NCBI GenBank assembly: GCA_964482725.1
Contig: CAYZYT010000009.1
Location: 19,832-83,831, forward strand
DNA: 64,000 bases
DNA from: an uncultured bacterium
GTDB taxonomy: Bacteria > Omnitrophota > Omnitrophia > Omnitrophales > Aquincolibacteriaceae
Reading direction: 5' to 3'
Below, one piece after another: positions 36,532 through 45,074 of this stretch. The notes beneath the pieces are model-generated. The model was given only the letters and a program-made list of their open reading frames with translations. It was not told the origin of the DNA and did no database searches. A program made the position numbers and the translations under genes. Within the stretch, counting starts at the first letter, position 1. Each line of letters begins with the position of its first letter.

Positions 36532-39500
36532 ATGAAGATTTCGAAGGTTTTGGCCTTCATTTTTATATTGCTCCTCCCGCACACTTTTGCCTCTGCGGAT
36601 TGGGTTTGGTCTCCTGAACAGGGGAAATTCATCAATACCGAATCCGAGACTCAAAGTGGTGCCGATGACATCTTCGATAATGCCCTCGATCTTTACAAAG
36701 AAAAGAAGCTCGATAAAGCGACCGAGCAATTCAAGATAGTTCTCAAGCAGTACCCCAAATCCCGCGTGGCTCCTGAATCTCAATACCGGATCGGTACGAT
36801 TTTTGAAGAAACCGGTGATTATGTCGAGGCCCACAAGGCCTATCAGGATTTGATCAAATCCTATCCCCAGAGCGAGCGTTTTGAAGAGGTGATCGAGCGC
36901 GAGTATCAGATCGGGACCATGTTCCTTTCCGGAAAAAAAGGGAAGCTTTTGGGGCTCGATATCCGGCCGTCTTTGCCCTTGGCCATCGAAGTGTTCCAGA
37001 AGATCGTGACGGCGGCGCCTTATGGGGCCTTCGGGGATAAAGCCCAGTTCAGTCTCGGGGTGGCTTATCAAAAGTCCGGGCAGCTTGATAATTCCGTGGA
37101 GGCTTTCCAGGCCTTGATCGATCAGTACCCTCAAAGTAAATTGATCCAGCAGGCCCGTTTGCAGATGGCGGAAGTTTCGTATGCGAAAACCGGAGGTCAG
37201 TCGCGCGATCAGAGCGCGCTTGATGAAGCGGCCCGCCAGGCGCAGGGCTATCTCAAACGATATCCGGGCTCTGAAGAATCTCAGCAAGCCGAAAAGATCA
37301 GCCGGGAAGTGGATGAGCTGAATGCTGAGAAGAACTATCGGATCGGTCTTTATTACGAAAAGGACAATTACCTCGCAAGCGCGCTCATCTATTACTTTGA
37401 TACCGCAAAGCGCTATCCGAATACAAATTGGGGACGGAAGGCGGCGGAAAAACTTCATTCGTTGCAAGAGCCCGTGAAATATCTGAATTCCAAGGCTGAG
37501 GAGTTGAAGAAAGAATTAGCGGCCCTGGAGTCAAAATATCAGGCGTTGGGGGCGGGTCAGAAAGCCGAGCGAAAGCAGCTTGAAAAAGAGATCGCTCAAA
37601 TGAAAAAACGCATTAAGGCGATCGATAAAAACAAGACCGAGAGCTTGGGGCGTCGCAAACAGGACCTGAAGCGTCGCGAACGTGAATTGAATGAAAAGTT
37701 CAAGGAACTCGAACGCAAGAAGAAGCGTTTTAAGAATAATACGTCCCCGGACTTTCAAAAAGCCATTGATCGTTGGCAGGCGTCTCTTGAGGCGGAGCGG
37801 GATGCTTTGGCCGAGGAGAAGGGCCGCCTTGAATCCTGGCGTTCTGAGTTGGGTGTTCCGGATGAAAAGTTCTATGAGAATTTGATCCCCGGCAACCTGA
37901 TCCCGGATAATCTGATCCCGTTCATGGGCAAGTCCGAAACTCCGCTTCAAAAGATCCAGCAGCTGGATGAAAAGGAGCTTTACAAGCTTTCCCGGAAGAA
38001 AAAGGAGCTGCTCGAGAAAAAGGAAAAACTCTACAAACGGTACAGTGAGCTGCAGTCTTTGTTGATACCGGAGCGTTCGGAAAGCGGTTTGAAGCGGAAG
38101 CGTTTGCGCGGTGTTGCAGCCAAGGATCCGAGTAAGCCCATCGACCCGAAACTCTTAGCCCGGGAAAAAGACATCGAGGCTTTGGAGGCTAAGTTGGACG
38201 CGAAAATGGTGCTCTATGAAAAATATTTTGGTAAATCCGCCGAGCAGGAGCTTGAAGCCATGATCGAGAGTCGATCCGCTCCGAAGGCGGCTTTTAATCC
38301 GTTCACGGTCGAGACCGGCGATCTTCCCCAAAAAAGCATCGAAGAATTACTCGAACTGAAAATGCATCTTAGCGAGCAGGTGAAGGCTCAGGAGGACATT
38401 GTTGGAACGCTGACCACCGCTTTTGATAAGGACCTGGCTTTGAAGGAGCAGCAAGCCCTGATGAAGTCCCTTGAAGATGACAAGAAAGTGGATGTGCGTA
38501 AACTCCGCAAGAATATTAAAGGCGTGGAAAAAGAACTCCGTAAATGTTATCAGGATATTCAAGATCGTCAGAAGAATAAGAAGAAGCTTCTTGAGGAACT
38601 GGATGAAACGCTGAATGGGCAAGAGGGCAAGGGGAAGGTTCTGAAAACCCTCGCTAAGCCGATCACAGGCCCCGCCTATCTTGCTAAGGCATTTATTTTC
38701 GGGCTTCCGAACGAAGATGTTACTTTGACGGATGCTGCGAAGAAACCGGGTTCTGACGCAAAGGCCAAAAAACTTCAGGAGGGGATTGAGCTGGAAAGTC
38801 TTATGATCCAGGCGCAGGCGCAGGAGATCAACAAGCTTGAAAAAGATCTTGAGATCCTGAACGCGAAGGCCTCCCTCGCCGGGGGCATGAAATTCAGGAG
38901 TTCCTTCGTCAAGGTCCCGTATGCTTTTATCGAAGAAGCGGTTCAAAGCGCGCAACGAGTGGTCCCCCGAAAGAGTCGAAAGGATGTGCTTCTGAATCGC
39001 TTGGACAACCAGACCCGAGAGTTGGAGCGCTTTAAAGCTGAATTGGAGGCGACGGAGGCTATGATTAAGGAAAAGACTCCCCCCCCGCCTCCGCCCGTCG
39101 ATGTTGCGGTGTCAGGAACGGATGCAGAGAAAAAAGAAAAAACCGAACCTGCCCCGGATGAGAGACAGCTACGGGACGATGCGATGAGTCTGCGGGAGCA
39201 ACTCGAGATCGCCTACAGTATCTATGCACAGGAACAAGGCGTCGCGCTCGGGGACGAGGGGAAGAAGGAAAGTCCTAAAGATGCCGAAGGCGCCCGGAGA
39301 TACAAAGAATACAAGGAAGCGGGGGTTGAACTCTCCGGAGTGATCGATCAAGAACTCGCGATCGAACAGCAGGAGAGAGAGATCCTTGAAAAACGGATCC
39401 TGGAGGCTGACAAAGTGATACCGACCGTGACTTCCAAAGCGATGCAGCAGGATCTCGAGACCGAAAAGGATCGCATCGGGCAGCGTCTTTCGGACTTGGC

Positions 39501-39552
39501 CACGCGGCATGATTTTCTTTCCAAGGAAAAAGAACGTTTCAGCGCTAAGTGA
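36532..39552 (+). CDS. bamD: BamD-like TPR outer-membrane assembly factor with a ~690 aa C-terminal coiled-coil extension
   Basis: Signal peptide, repeated YP.S TPR units, LNAEKNYRIGLYYEK..SALIYY...YP; located directly upstream of lptE. Confidence 0.7.
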   Translation: MKISKVLAFIFILLLPHTFASADWVWSPEQGKFINTESETQSGADDIFDNALDLYKEKKLDKATEQFKIVLKQYPKSRVAPESQYRIGTIFEETGDYVEAHKAYQDLIKSYPQSERFEEVIEREYQIGTMFLSGKKGKLLGLDIRPSLPLAIEVFQKIVTAAPYGAFGDKAQFSLGVAYQKSGQLDNSVEAFQALIDQYPQSKLIQQARLQMAEVSYAKTGGQSRDQSALDEAARQAQGYLKRYPGSEESQQAEKISREVDELNAEKNYRIGLYYEKDNYLASALIYYFDTAKRYPNTNWGRKAAEKLHSLQEPVKYLNSKAEELKKELAALESKYQALGAGQKAERKQLEKEIAQMKKRIKAIDKNKTESLGRRKQDLKRRERELNEKFKELERKKKRFKNNTSPDFQKAIDRWQASLEAERDALAEEKGRLESWRSELGVPDEKFYENLIPGNLIPDNLIPFMGKSETPLQKIQQLDEKELYKLSRKKKELLEKKEKLYKRYSELQSLLIPERSESGLKRKRLRGVAAKDPSKPIDPKLLAREKDIEALEAKLDAKMVLYEKYFGKSAEQELEAMIESRSAPKAAFNPFTVETGDLPQKSIEELLELKMHLSEQVKAQEDIVGTLTTAFDKDLALKEQQALMKSLEDDKKVDVRKLRKNIKGVEKELRKCYQDIQDRQKNKKKLLEELDETLNGQEGKGKVLKTLAKPITGPAYLAKAFIFGLPNEDVTLTDAAKKPGSDAKAKKLQEGIELESLMIQAQAQEINKLEKDLEILNAKASLAGGMKFRSSFVKVPYAFIEEAVQSAQRVVPRKSRKDVLLNRLDNQTRELERFKAELEATEAMIKEKTPPPPPPVDVAVSGTDAEKKEKTEPAPDERQLRDDAMSLREQLEIAYSIYAQEQGVALGDEGKKESPKDAEGARRYKEYKEAGVELSGVIDQELAIEQQEREILEKRILEADKVIPTVTSKAMQQDLETEKDRIGQRLSDLATRHDFLSKEKERFSAK

Positions 39553-39565
39553 CGAACGAGGACTT

Positions 39566-40093
39566 ATGATGAAAAATCTGCGAGGGTGGGGGATAGTTTT
39601 TTTGGTGACAGCGGTGATCTTGAGCGGTTGTGGCTATACTCGAAAGACCGTGCTTCCGCGCAACATCAAAACGATTTATATCGAAACAGTAAAAAACAAA
39701 CTGGATGCCGAGAAACTCTATGCCTATCAGCCCGGACTCGAAATGGACATCACCAACGCGGTGATCCAGAGGATCCACCAGGATGGCACTTTAAAAATTG
39801 TGGAACAGAAGAAGGCCGACGCGTTCCTGAAAACGGAGCTGGTGTCCCTGGATCAGGAGGGGCTCCGGTTCACTTCTTTGGAAGGCGTGGCGCAATACCG
39901 TCTTTTTATCGTCGTCCGGATGAAGCTTGTGGACGCGAAGACGGGAGATATCATCTGGGAAGAGCCGAATTTCTCGGGAGATACCGAGTACTATGTGACC
40001 ACCGTGACGTCGATCGGCGAGCAGAAAGCGGCCGTGGATGCCGTCCATCGCCTCGCGTATAACATTGTGGATCGCATTACCGAAGACTGGTAA
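39566..40093 (+). CDS. lptE: LPS assembly lipoprotein LptE family
   Basis: Lipobox LSGCGY, LPRNIKTIYI, AVHRLAYNIV; lptE-holA synteny. Confidence 0.8.
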   Translation: MMKNLRGWGIVFLVTAVILSGCGYTRKTVLPRNIKTIYIETVKNKLDAEKLYAYQPGLEMDITNAVIQRIHQDGTLKIVEQKKADAFLKTELVSLDQEGLRFTSLEGVAQYRLFIVVRMKLVDAKTGDIIWEEPNFSGDTEYYVTTVTSIGEQKAAVDAVHRLAYNIVDRITEDW

Positions 40094-40115
40094 GGTCTTT
40101 TCCTTGCCGCCCCTT

Positions 40116-41057
40116 GTGAATACCGACGTGTTCCTCATTGCCGGGGATCCTTTTCTCCGAACCCAAAAAGCCAAGACTCTTGTCGCCGGGATCGAAAAAA
40201 AATCCGGCGGTCCTCTTGCGCATCAGACCTTCAACCTGGACGAAACACCTTTTGAATCCGTTCTTGCTGCGGCCAGGACCTTGCCGTTCTTTGCATCGGG
40301 CCAGGTGATCTCGGCTCTAGGCGCCGGGGCTTTAAAGGATTCGGATCTTGCCGTGCTGGCCGCTTATCTTGGAAATCCCGCGCCCGGAACCACGCTGATC
40401 CTGGAATCGGATGATCTTAAAGGTGCTGCCGAGCTTCAAAAACTCATTAAAGCCAAGGGGCAGTTGATCCTTCTGGCAAAAGAAGAGGCTCGCGGGGCCG
40501 GCGCGACGTTCATTCAGCAAAAACTCGTGCAATATCACAAGACGATGGCCTCCGGGGCCAAGGCTCGGATCCTCGCCATGTGCGGGGATGCGGTGATGTT
40601 CCTGGACACCATCCTTGAGCGACTCGTGCAATTCGCAGGGGATCAGCCAGAGATCGATGAGGACATGGTCAACCGGTTCGAAGAGAACTGGACGGAGATG
40701 GATGTTTTTAAACTTACGAACGCTTTGGTGGACCGTGATCCGGCGCGGGCACTAAAAGTTTTTCGCGACTTGATGGAGTTCTATGAAGCGGATCTTTTTT
40801 CTGTGGTCGGGATCCTGCATTGGCAGCTTCGGCAATTGTGGCAGGCCGCCATGCTTTTAGCCTCGGGAGTTTCCGAGCGAGAGATCAGTTCCAAGCTCCG
40901 GATGTCTCCGAGTCGAGTGAGTGCGTTAAGGCGATTTTCTGTCGAGCGATTAGAATCAGCCGTAGAGGCCCTCTATCAGATCGACCGGAAGTCCAAGAGT
41001 GGGCAAGTCGACGGCGTTGCGGGATTGGAAGCTTGGCTTTTAGAATATACAGCTTAG
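40116..41057 (+). CDS. holA: DNA polymerase III subunit delta
   Basis: FLIAGDPFL, ARTLPFF, DVFKLTNAL, LYQIDRKSKSG; convergent with rpsT; start uncertain. Confidence 0.85.
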   Translation: MNTDVFLIAGDPFLRTQKAKTLVAGIEKKSGGPLAHQTFNLDETPFESVLAAARTLPFFASGQVISALGAGALKDSDLAVLAAYLGNPAPGTTLILESDDLKGAAELQKLIKAKGQLILLAKEEARGAGATFIQQKLVQYHKTMASGAKARILAMCGDAVMFLDTILERLVQFAGDQPEIDEDMVNRFEENWTEMDVFKLTNALVDRDPARALKVFRDLMEFYEADLFSVVGILHWQLRQLWQAAMLLASGVSEREISSKLRMSPSRVSALRRFSVERLESAVEALYQIDRKSKSGQVDGVAGLEAWLLEYTA

Positions 41058-41071
41058 GTTGCAACACAAAA

Positions 41072-41102
41072 GGGGACAGGCATCAATGGCTTGCCTGTCC
41101 CC
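41072..41102. terminator. Hairpin between the convergent holA and rpsT genes
   Basis: GGGGACAGGCA-N9-TGCCTGTCCCC flanked by A tracts (T tract on the minus strand). Confidence 0.6.
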
Positions 41103-41117
41103 AAAAGTGTTTTGAGA

Positions 41118-41381
41118 CTATTTTTTCTTGAGTTTTGCGAGGAAAAGCGCGATGCGGGATTTTCTCCGGTCTGCGCGGCCGTGCGGGATCACCCCTTTGG
41201 TGACCGCATGATCATAACGGGCAATCAACGTTGCGGCGACGCCCTGGGCCTTTTCGGGCTCTGCGGCGAGTTGGGCCAGTTTTTTGCTGAGAGATTTCAG
41301 CTCAGAAAGAACCGCCATGTTTTTTGCGCGTTTTTTAGCATCACTTCGAATACGTTTTGCAGCGGAACGAATATTGGGCAT
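41118..41381 (-). CDS. rpsT: 30S ribosomal protein S20
   Basis: MPNIRSAAKRIR..KRAKN..S.LK...D.AV.KGVI..GRADRRKSRI; GGAG RBS. Confidence 0.93.
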   Translation of the reverse strand: MPNIRSAAKRIRSDAKKRAKNMAVLSELKSLSKKLAQLAAEPEKAQGVAATLIARYDHAVTKGVIPHGRADRRKSRIALFLAKLKKK

Positions 41382-41484
41382 TTCGATGACTCCTTTAGGT
41401 GAAAAAAGTGGCGACAATGTAACACGGGGCTCCTGTTCTGTCAATCCGCATCCCCAAGGACAGAAAAGCGGAAAACATCATCTC

Positions 41485-43071
41485 ATGAAAGCTGCCGCGG
41501 TGGTGGCGGTGATGACCCTGATCGGGCGCATTTTGGGGCTTATTCGCGATATTGTGAGCGCTAAAAGCTTCGGGACGAATTGGCACTACGACGCCTTCCT
41601 CTATGCGTTCATGCTTCCCAACCTTTTTCGCCGCATCGTCGGCGAAGGCGGGCTTACAAGCGCTTTTATTCCGGTTTATAACGAGATCGGAGAAAAACAG
41701 GGGCGTGCGGAAGCGTTCCGCTTCGCGAATATCACGATCAGTTTTCTAAGCCTTGCTCTTTTTGCCTTCATTCTGGGGGTGGAAGGAGTTTTGAATATTC
41801 TCTTAAAGATCGGTTTTCAGTCCCAGACGGTGATGTTGACCCTGGAACTGTCGCGCATTCTCTTTCCTTATCTCTGGTTCCTGTCCCTTTACGCTCTCGG
41901 GATGGGGATCTTGAACAGCCACCGTCACTTTCTTGCGCCCGCCATGGGTCCCGCGATCCTCGATCTTGTGTGGATCGGCGCGGTGCTCTGGGTGCCCTCC
42001 TGGGTGGGACATGATTATCTGGCGAAAATAAGCTGGCTTTCCTATGTGATCCTTTTGGGCGGGTTCCTGCATGTGGCGGTGGAGCTTCCGCCGCTTCGCA
42101 AGCTCGGTTTCAAATTCCACTGGGTCTGGAATACCGGTTATGAAGGTCTTAAGAAGACCTGGAAACTTTTGCTCCCGGTGGTGCTGAGTTTTGCGGTCGT
42201 TCAGATCAATATTACCGTGGATATGACGCTCGGGCTGGCGATTGGACCGGGTGCGAATTCAAGTCTTTGGTATGGGAACCGGCTCATGCAGTTCCCGCTC
42301 GGTGTGTTTGCGCTCGCGATGGGGACCGCTCTTTTGCCGATGCTCGCGCAGCAGATCGCGCGGGGCGAGAAAGAGGCGTCTCGGAAAACACTTTCGTTTG
42401 CGCTCAGGAGTATTTTCTTTATCATCATTCCTTCCTCGGTCGGGTTGATTGTGCTTCGGGAACCGATCATCCGGATGCTTTTTGAGCGGGGCGAATTTGA
42501 TGCCGTTTCGACCGCGCGCAGTTCTGCCGTTTTGCTGGGGTACACGATCGGACTTTTTGCTTTTGCGGGACAAAAGATCATGAATAGCGGTTACTACGCG
42601 GCGCATGATTCAAAAACGCCGATGATGACGTCTGTGATTTCACTCCTCTCGAATATTGTTTTTAGCGTGATTTTGATGATTCCGTTCAAGGAAGCGGGGC
42701 TTGCGCTGGGGACCTCGATCTCCGGTATTCTCCAATTGGGGCAGTTGGTTTATTTCTATCCTAAAAAAGTGGGGGAGTTCCCGTTCCGCGAGGTCGGAGC
42801 TTCTTTCCTGCGCATCCTGCTGGCATCCCTTGTGATGGGCGTGATAGGTCACTATGGTTTAAAGCTTTTTCAGTTTTGGCTTCCGGGGCAAAGCACGAAG
42901 ATGCAACTGCTTCAGGTGTTTGGCAGCATCACCCTTGCCACGGTGGCTTATCTGGGACTGTGCCTCGCGTGCCATGTTCCTGAAGCGAAGGAAGCCTGGG
43001 CCTGGTTCCGGAGAAAGAAAAAGCCCGCGGCCGATCCTCTGGAAGTGGAAAAGTTGATCGATGGTGCGTAA
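41485..43071 (+). CDS. murJ: Lipid II flippase MurJ (MviN)
   Basis: GRILGLIRD, PNLFRRIVGEG, RLMQFPLGVF, LFERGEF. Confidence 0.95.
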   Translation: MKAAAVVAVMTLIGRILGLIRDIVSAKSFGTNWHYDAFLYAFMLPNLFRRIVGEGGLTSAFIPVYNEIGEKQGRAEAFRFANITISFLSLALFAFILGVEGVLNILLKIGFQSQTVMLTLELSRILFPYLWFLSLYALGMGILNSHRHFLAPAMGPAILDLVWIGAVLWVPSWVGHDYLAKISWLSYVILLGGFLHVAVELPPLRKLGFKFHWVWNTGYEGLKKTWKLLLPVVLSFAVVQINITVDMTLGLAIGPGANSSLWYGNRLMQFPLGVFALAMGTALLPMLAQQIARGEKEASRKTLSFALRSIFFIIIPSSVGLIVLREPIIRMLFERGEFDAVSTARSSAVLLGYTIGLFAFAGQKIMNSGYYAAHDSKTPMMTSVISLLSNIVFSVILMIPFKEAGLALGTSISGILQLGQLVYFYPKKVGEFPFREVGASFLRILLASLVMGVIGHYGLKLFQFWLPGQSTKMQLLQVFGSITLATVAYLGLCLACHVPEAKEAWAWFRRKKKPAADPLEVEKLIDGA

Positions 43072-44584
43072 AAAAAAGGATGGAGGATGGAGGATGGAGG
43101 ATGGCGTCGAGCGGAAAGCCAAAACGCCCTCCGCCCTCCGCCCTCCGTCCCCCGAACCGCTGAAATTGCTTCGTCCTTTCGTGGAAAGAATGCCGCTCAC
43201 TTCCGGCATCTACCTCATGAAAGACGCCCGGGGAACGATCCTCTACATCGGCAAGGCGAAATCTCTCCGGAAAAGAGTGCGGTCATATTTTAAGATTCCT
43301 GCCCCGATCCCCAAGATCACGATCCTGATGGGAAAAGTGAGGGCGATCGACCACATCGATACCCCGACGGAAGTTGATGCGCTGCTTCTTGAAGCTCATC
43401 TGATCCGCAAGCACCAGCCCCGCTACAATCAGGATCTGAAAGATGATAAGAGCTTTCCGCTTTTTAAGATCACACGCGAGAAATTCCCGAAGCTTTCGGT
43501 CACGCGACAAAAAGGGGACGGCAAGGCGGATTATTACGGTCCCTATACGGACGCGAAACTTTTGCGACAGGCCTTGAATTTGATACAGGCGCTTTTTCCG
43601 ATCAGAAAATGCCAAGCGTTGCCTAAAACGGCATGCCTCTATCATCATATTGGACAGTGCCTTGCCCCGTGTATCAAGCCGGAAGTGAAACCGGAATACG
43701 ACCGCCTGATCCATGAGGTGAAGCGTTTCCTGGGAGGTGGCAAAAAAAGTTTTGTGCAGTATCTCAATGACAGAATGGAGCGGGCGAGCCAGGCGTTGCA
43801 ATTTGAGGACGCGCAATTTTTTAAGGAACAGATCGACGCGCTTTCCAAGCTCCGGAAAAAGCGTTTTCTTCCCAAAAATCCGGGGCAAGGGATTTCTCTT
43901 TCGGCGACGATCGAGCTCAAGCAACGACTCAAGCTGGAGAGGATCCCTGAACGTATCGTTTGTTTCGATGTCTCGAATGTGCAGGGCGATCAGGCGGTTG
44001 CTTCCAAGGTGAGTTTTTACCGGGAGCTGCCCGACAAGTTCGGGTACCGCCGCTACAAGATCCGGGGAGTTTCCGGGATCAACGACTATGCCATGATCGC
44101 CGAAGCTTTGACGCGTATGCTTTGCGGTATCAAGGAAGGCCGGGAAGAATTTATACCGGATCTTATTATGATCGATGGCGGGAGAGGGCATCTCAATACT
44201 GCGGCCAGGGTCCTCGCCCGGGAGGGGATGACCTCGATCGATATTGTTTCCATCGCCAAACAGTTCGAGTGGATCCATTCTCCGAAGTTCCTGGGGCCGC
44301 TTGTCCTGGCCTCGGATTCACCCGCGCTTTATCTCCTAAAAAAAGTGCGGGATGAGGCCCACCGGTTCGCCATCACCTATCACAGGAAGCTCAAGTCAAA
44401 GGCCCTGCAGCGATCGGCCCTAGATGATATCCCGGGGATTGGCGGGAAGCTTAAACGTATCTTGCTCGGTCATTTTAATTCCGTCGAGGAGATCCGGAGC
44501 GCCAGCATGGAAAAGCTTCGTGCCGCTCCGGGTATTGATCCGAAAACGGCTAAGGCGGTTCATACCTACTTTTCACCTCGTTAG
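43061..44584 (+). CDS. uvrC: Excinuclease ABC subunit C
   Basis: GIYLMKD..LYIGKAKSLRKRVRSYF, PRYN..LKDDK, CFDVSN, IDGGRG, VRDEAHRFAITYH, HhH motifs. The N-terminus is repeat-derived, so the start is uncertain. Confidence 0.95.
   Translation: MVRKKKDGGWRMEDGVERKAKTPSALRPPSPEPLKLLRPFVERMPLTSGIYLMKDARGTILYIGKAKSLRKRVRSYFKIPAPIPKITILMGKVRAIDHIDTPTEVDALLLEAHLIRKHQPRYNQDLKDDKSFPLFKITREKFPKLSVTRQKGDGKADYYGPYTDAKLLRQALNLIQALFPIRKCQALPKTACLYHHIGQCLAPCIKPEVKPEYDRLIHEVKRFLGGGKKSFVQYLNDRMERASQALQFEDAQFFKEQIDALSKLRKKRFLPKNPGQGISLSATIELKQRLKLERIPERIVCFDVSNVQGDQAVASKVSFYRELPDKFGYRRYKIRGVSGINDYAMIAEALTRMLCGIKEGREEFIPDLIMIDGGRGHLNTAARVLAREGMTSIDIVSIAKQFEWIHSPKFLGPLVLASDSPALYLLKKVRDEAHRFAITYHRKLKSKALQRSALDDIPGIGGKLKRILLGHFNSVEEIRSASMEKLRAAPGIDPKTAKAVHTYFSPR
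43078..43153. repeat. Heptamer tandem / inverted repeat at the uvrC 5' end
   Basis: (GGATGGA)x3-4 opposed by (CCCTCCG)x3. Confidence 0.75.
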
Positions 44585-44805
44585 TCTCTTGTTTTAAGTT
44601 GTCTGTCGAGAATAAATCGCTGCATTGGCGCTATGCGCTGCTATGAATCGATAGTTGCATTTTAGGCGATTTATAACATTTTAAGCCGCCTCAAGGTCCG
44701 ATTTCCTGCCGAAATAAAATCGTTAAATTTCACAAAAAAAGAGGCTGTGCCCTTGCGGATGTCCGATTATGTGTTATCTTTTCATAAGACTTTAGAAATC
44801 AAAGA

Positions 44806-45068
44806 ATGGCCGTTCCAATACTCATCAATCCCAGCTTCCGAAAAGATGAAATTGGGGCGGCCATAACGACCATTGTTGTAAAAAAATAGCACGTTAAGGC
44901 CGTCCCAATACCATGCAATCGAAGCGTAGCTGAGATTGGGGCGGTCTTGACTACCGTTCAGTAAAATAAATCTGAAGTCAAGGCCGTCCCGATACATATC
45001 GATTTCACGGAGTTGAAATCGGGGCGGTCGTAATTACCATTAGTTAAAAGAAATAAAAATTACGGCCG
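44806..45068. repeat. Three-unit tandem palindromic array immediately upstream of giant gene 2
   Basis: GGCCGT(T/C)CC(A/G)AT at 44808, 44898 and 44982 alternates with AT(T/C)GGGGCGG(C/T)C at 44851, 44935 and 45018; unit period 82-90 nt. Confidence 0.85.
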
Positions 45069-45074
45069 AGGCAA

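Noticed and set aside
36364-37467. 367-aa minus-strand ORF and similar long antisense ORFs (e.g. 16867-17817, 43283-44278)
   Set aside because: They lie antisense to well-supported genes and have no recognisable motifs.
44806-45068. CRISPR array or integron attC array
   Set aside because: The repeats alternate in orientation and are only ~12 bp, the spacers are self-complementary and related, and no cas or integrase gene or cassette ORFs are present.
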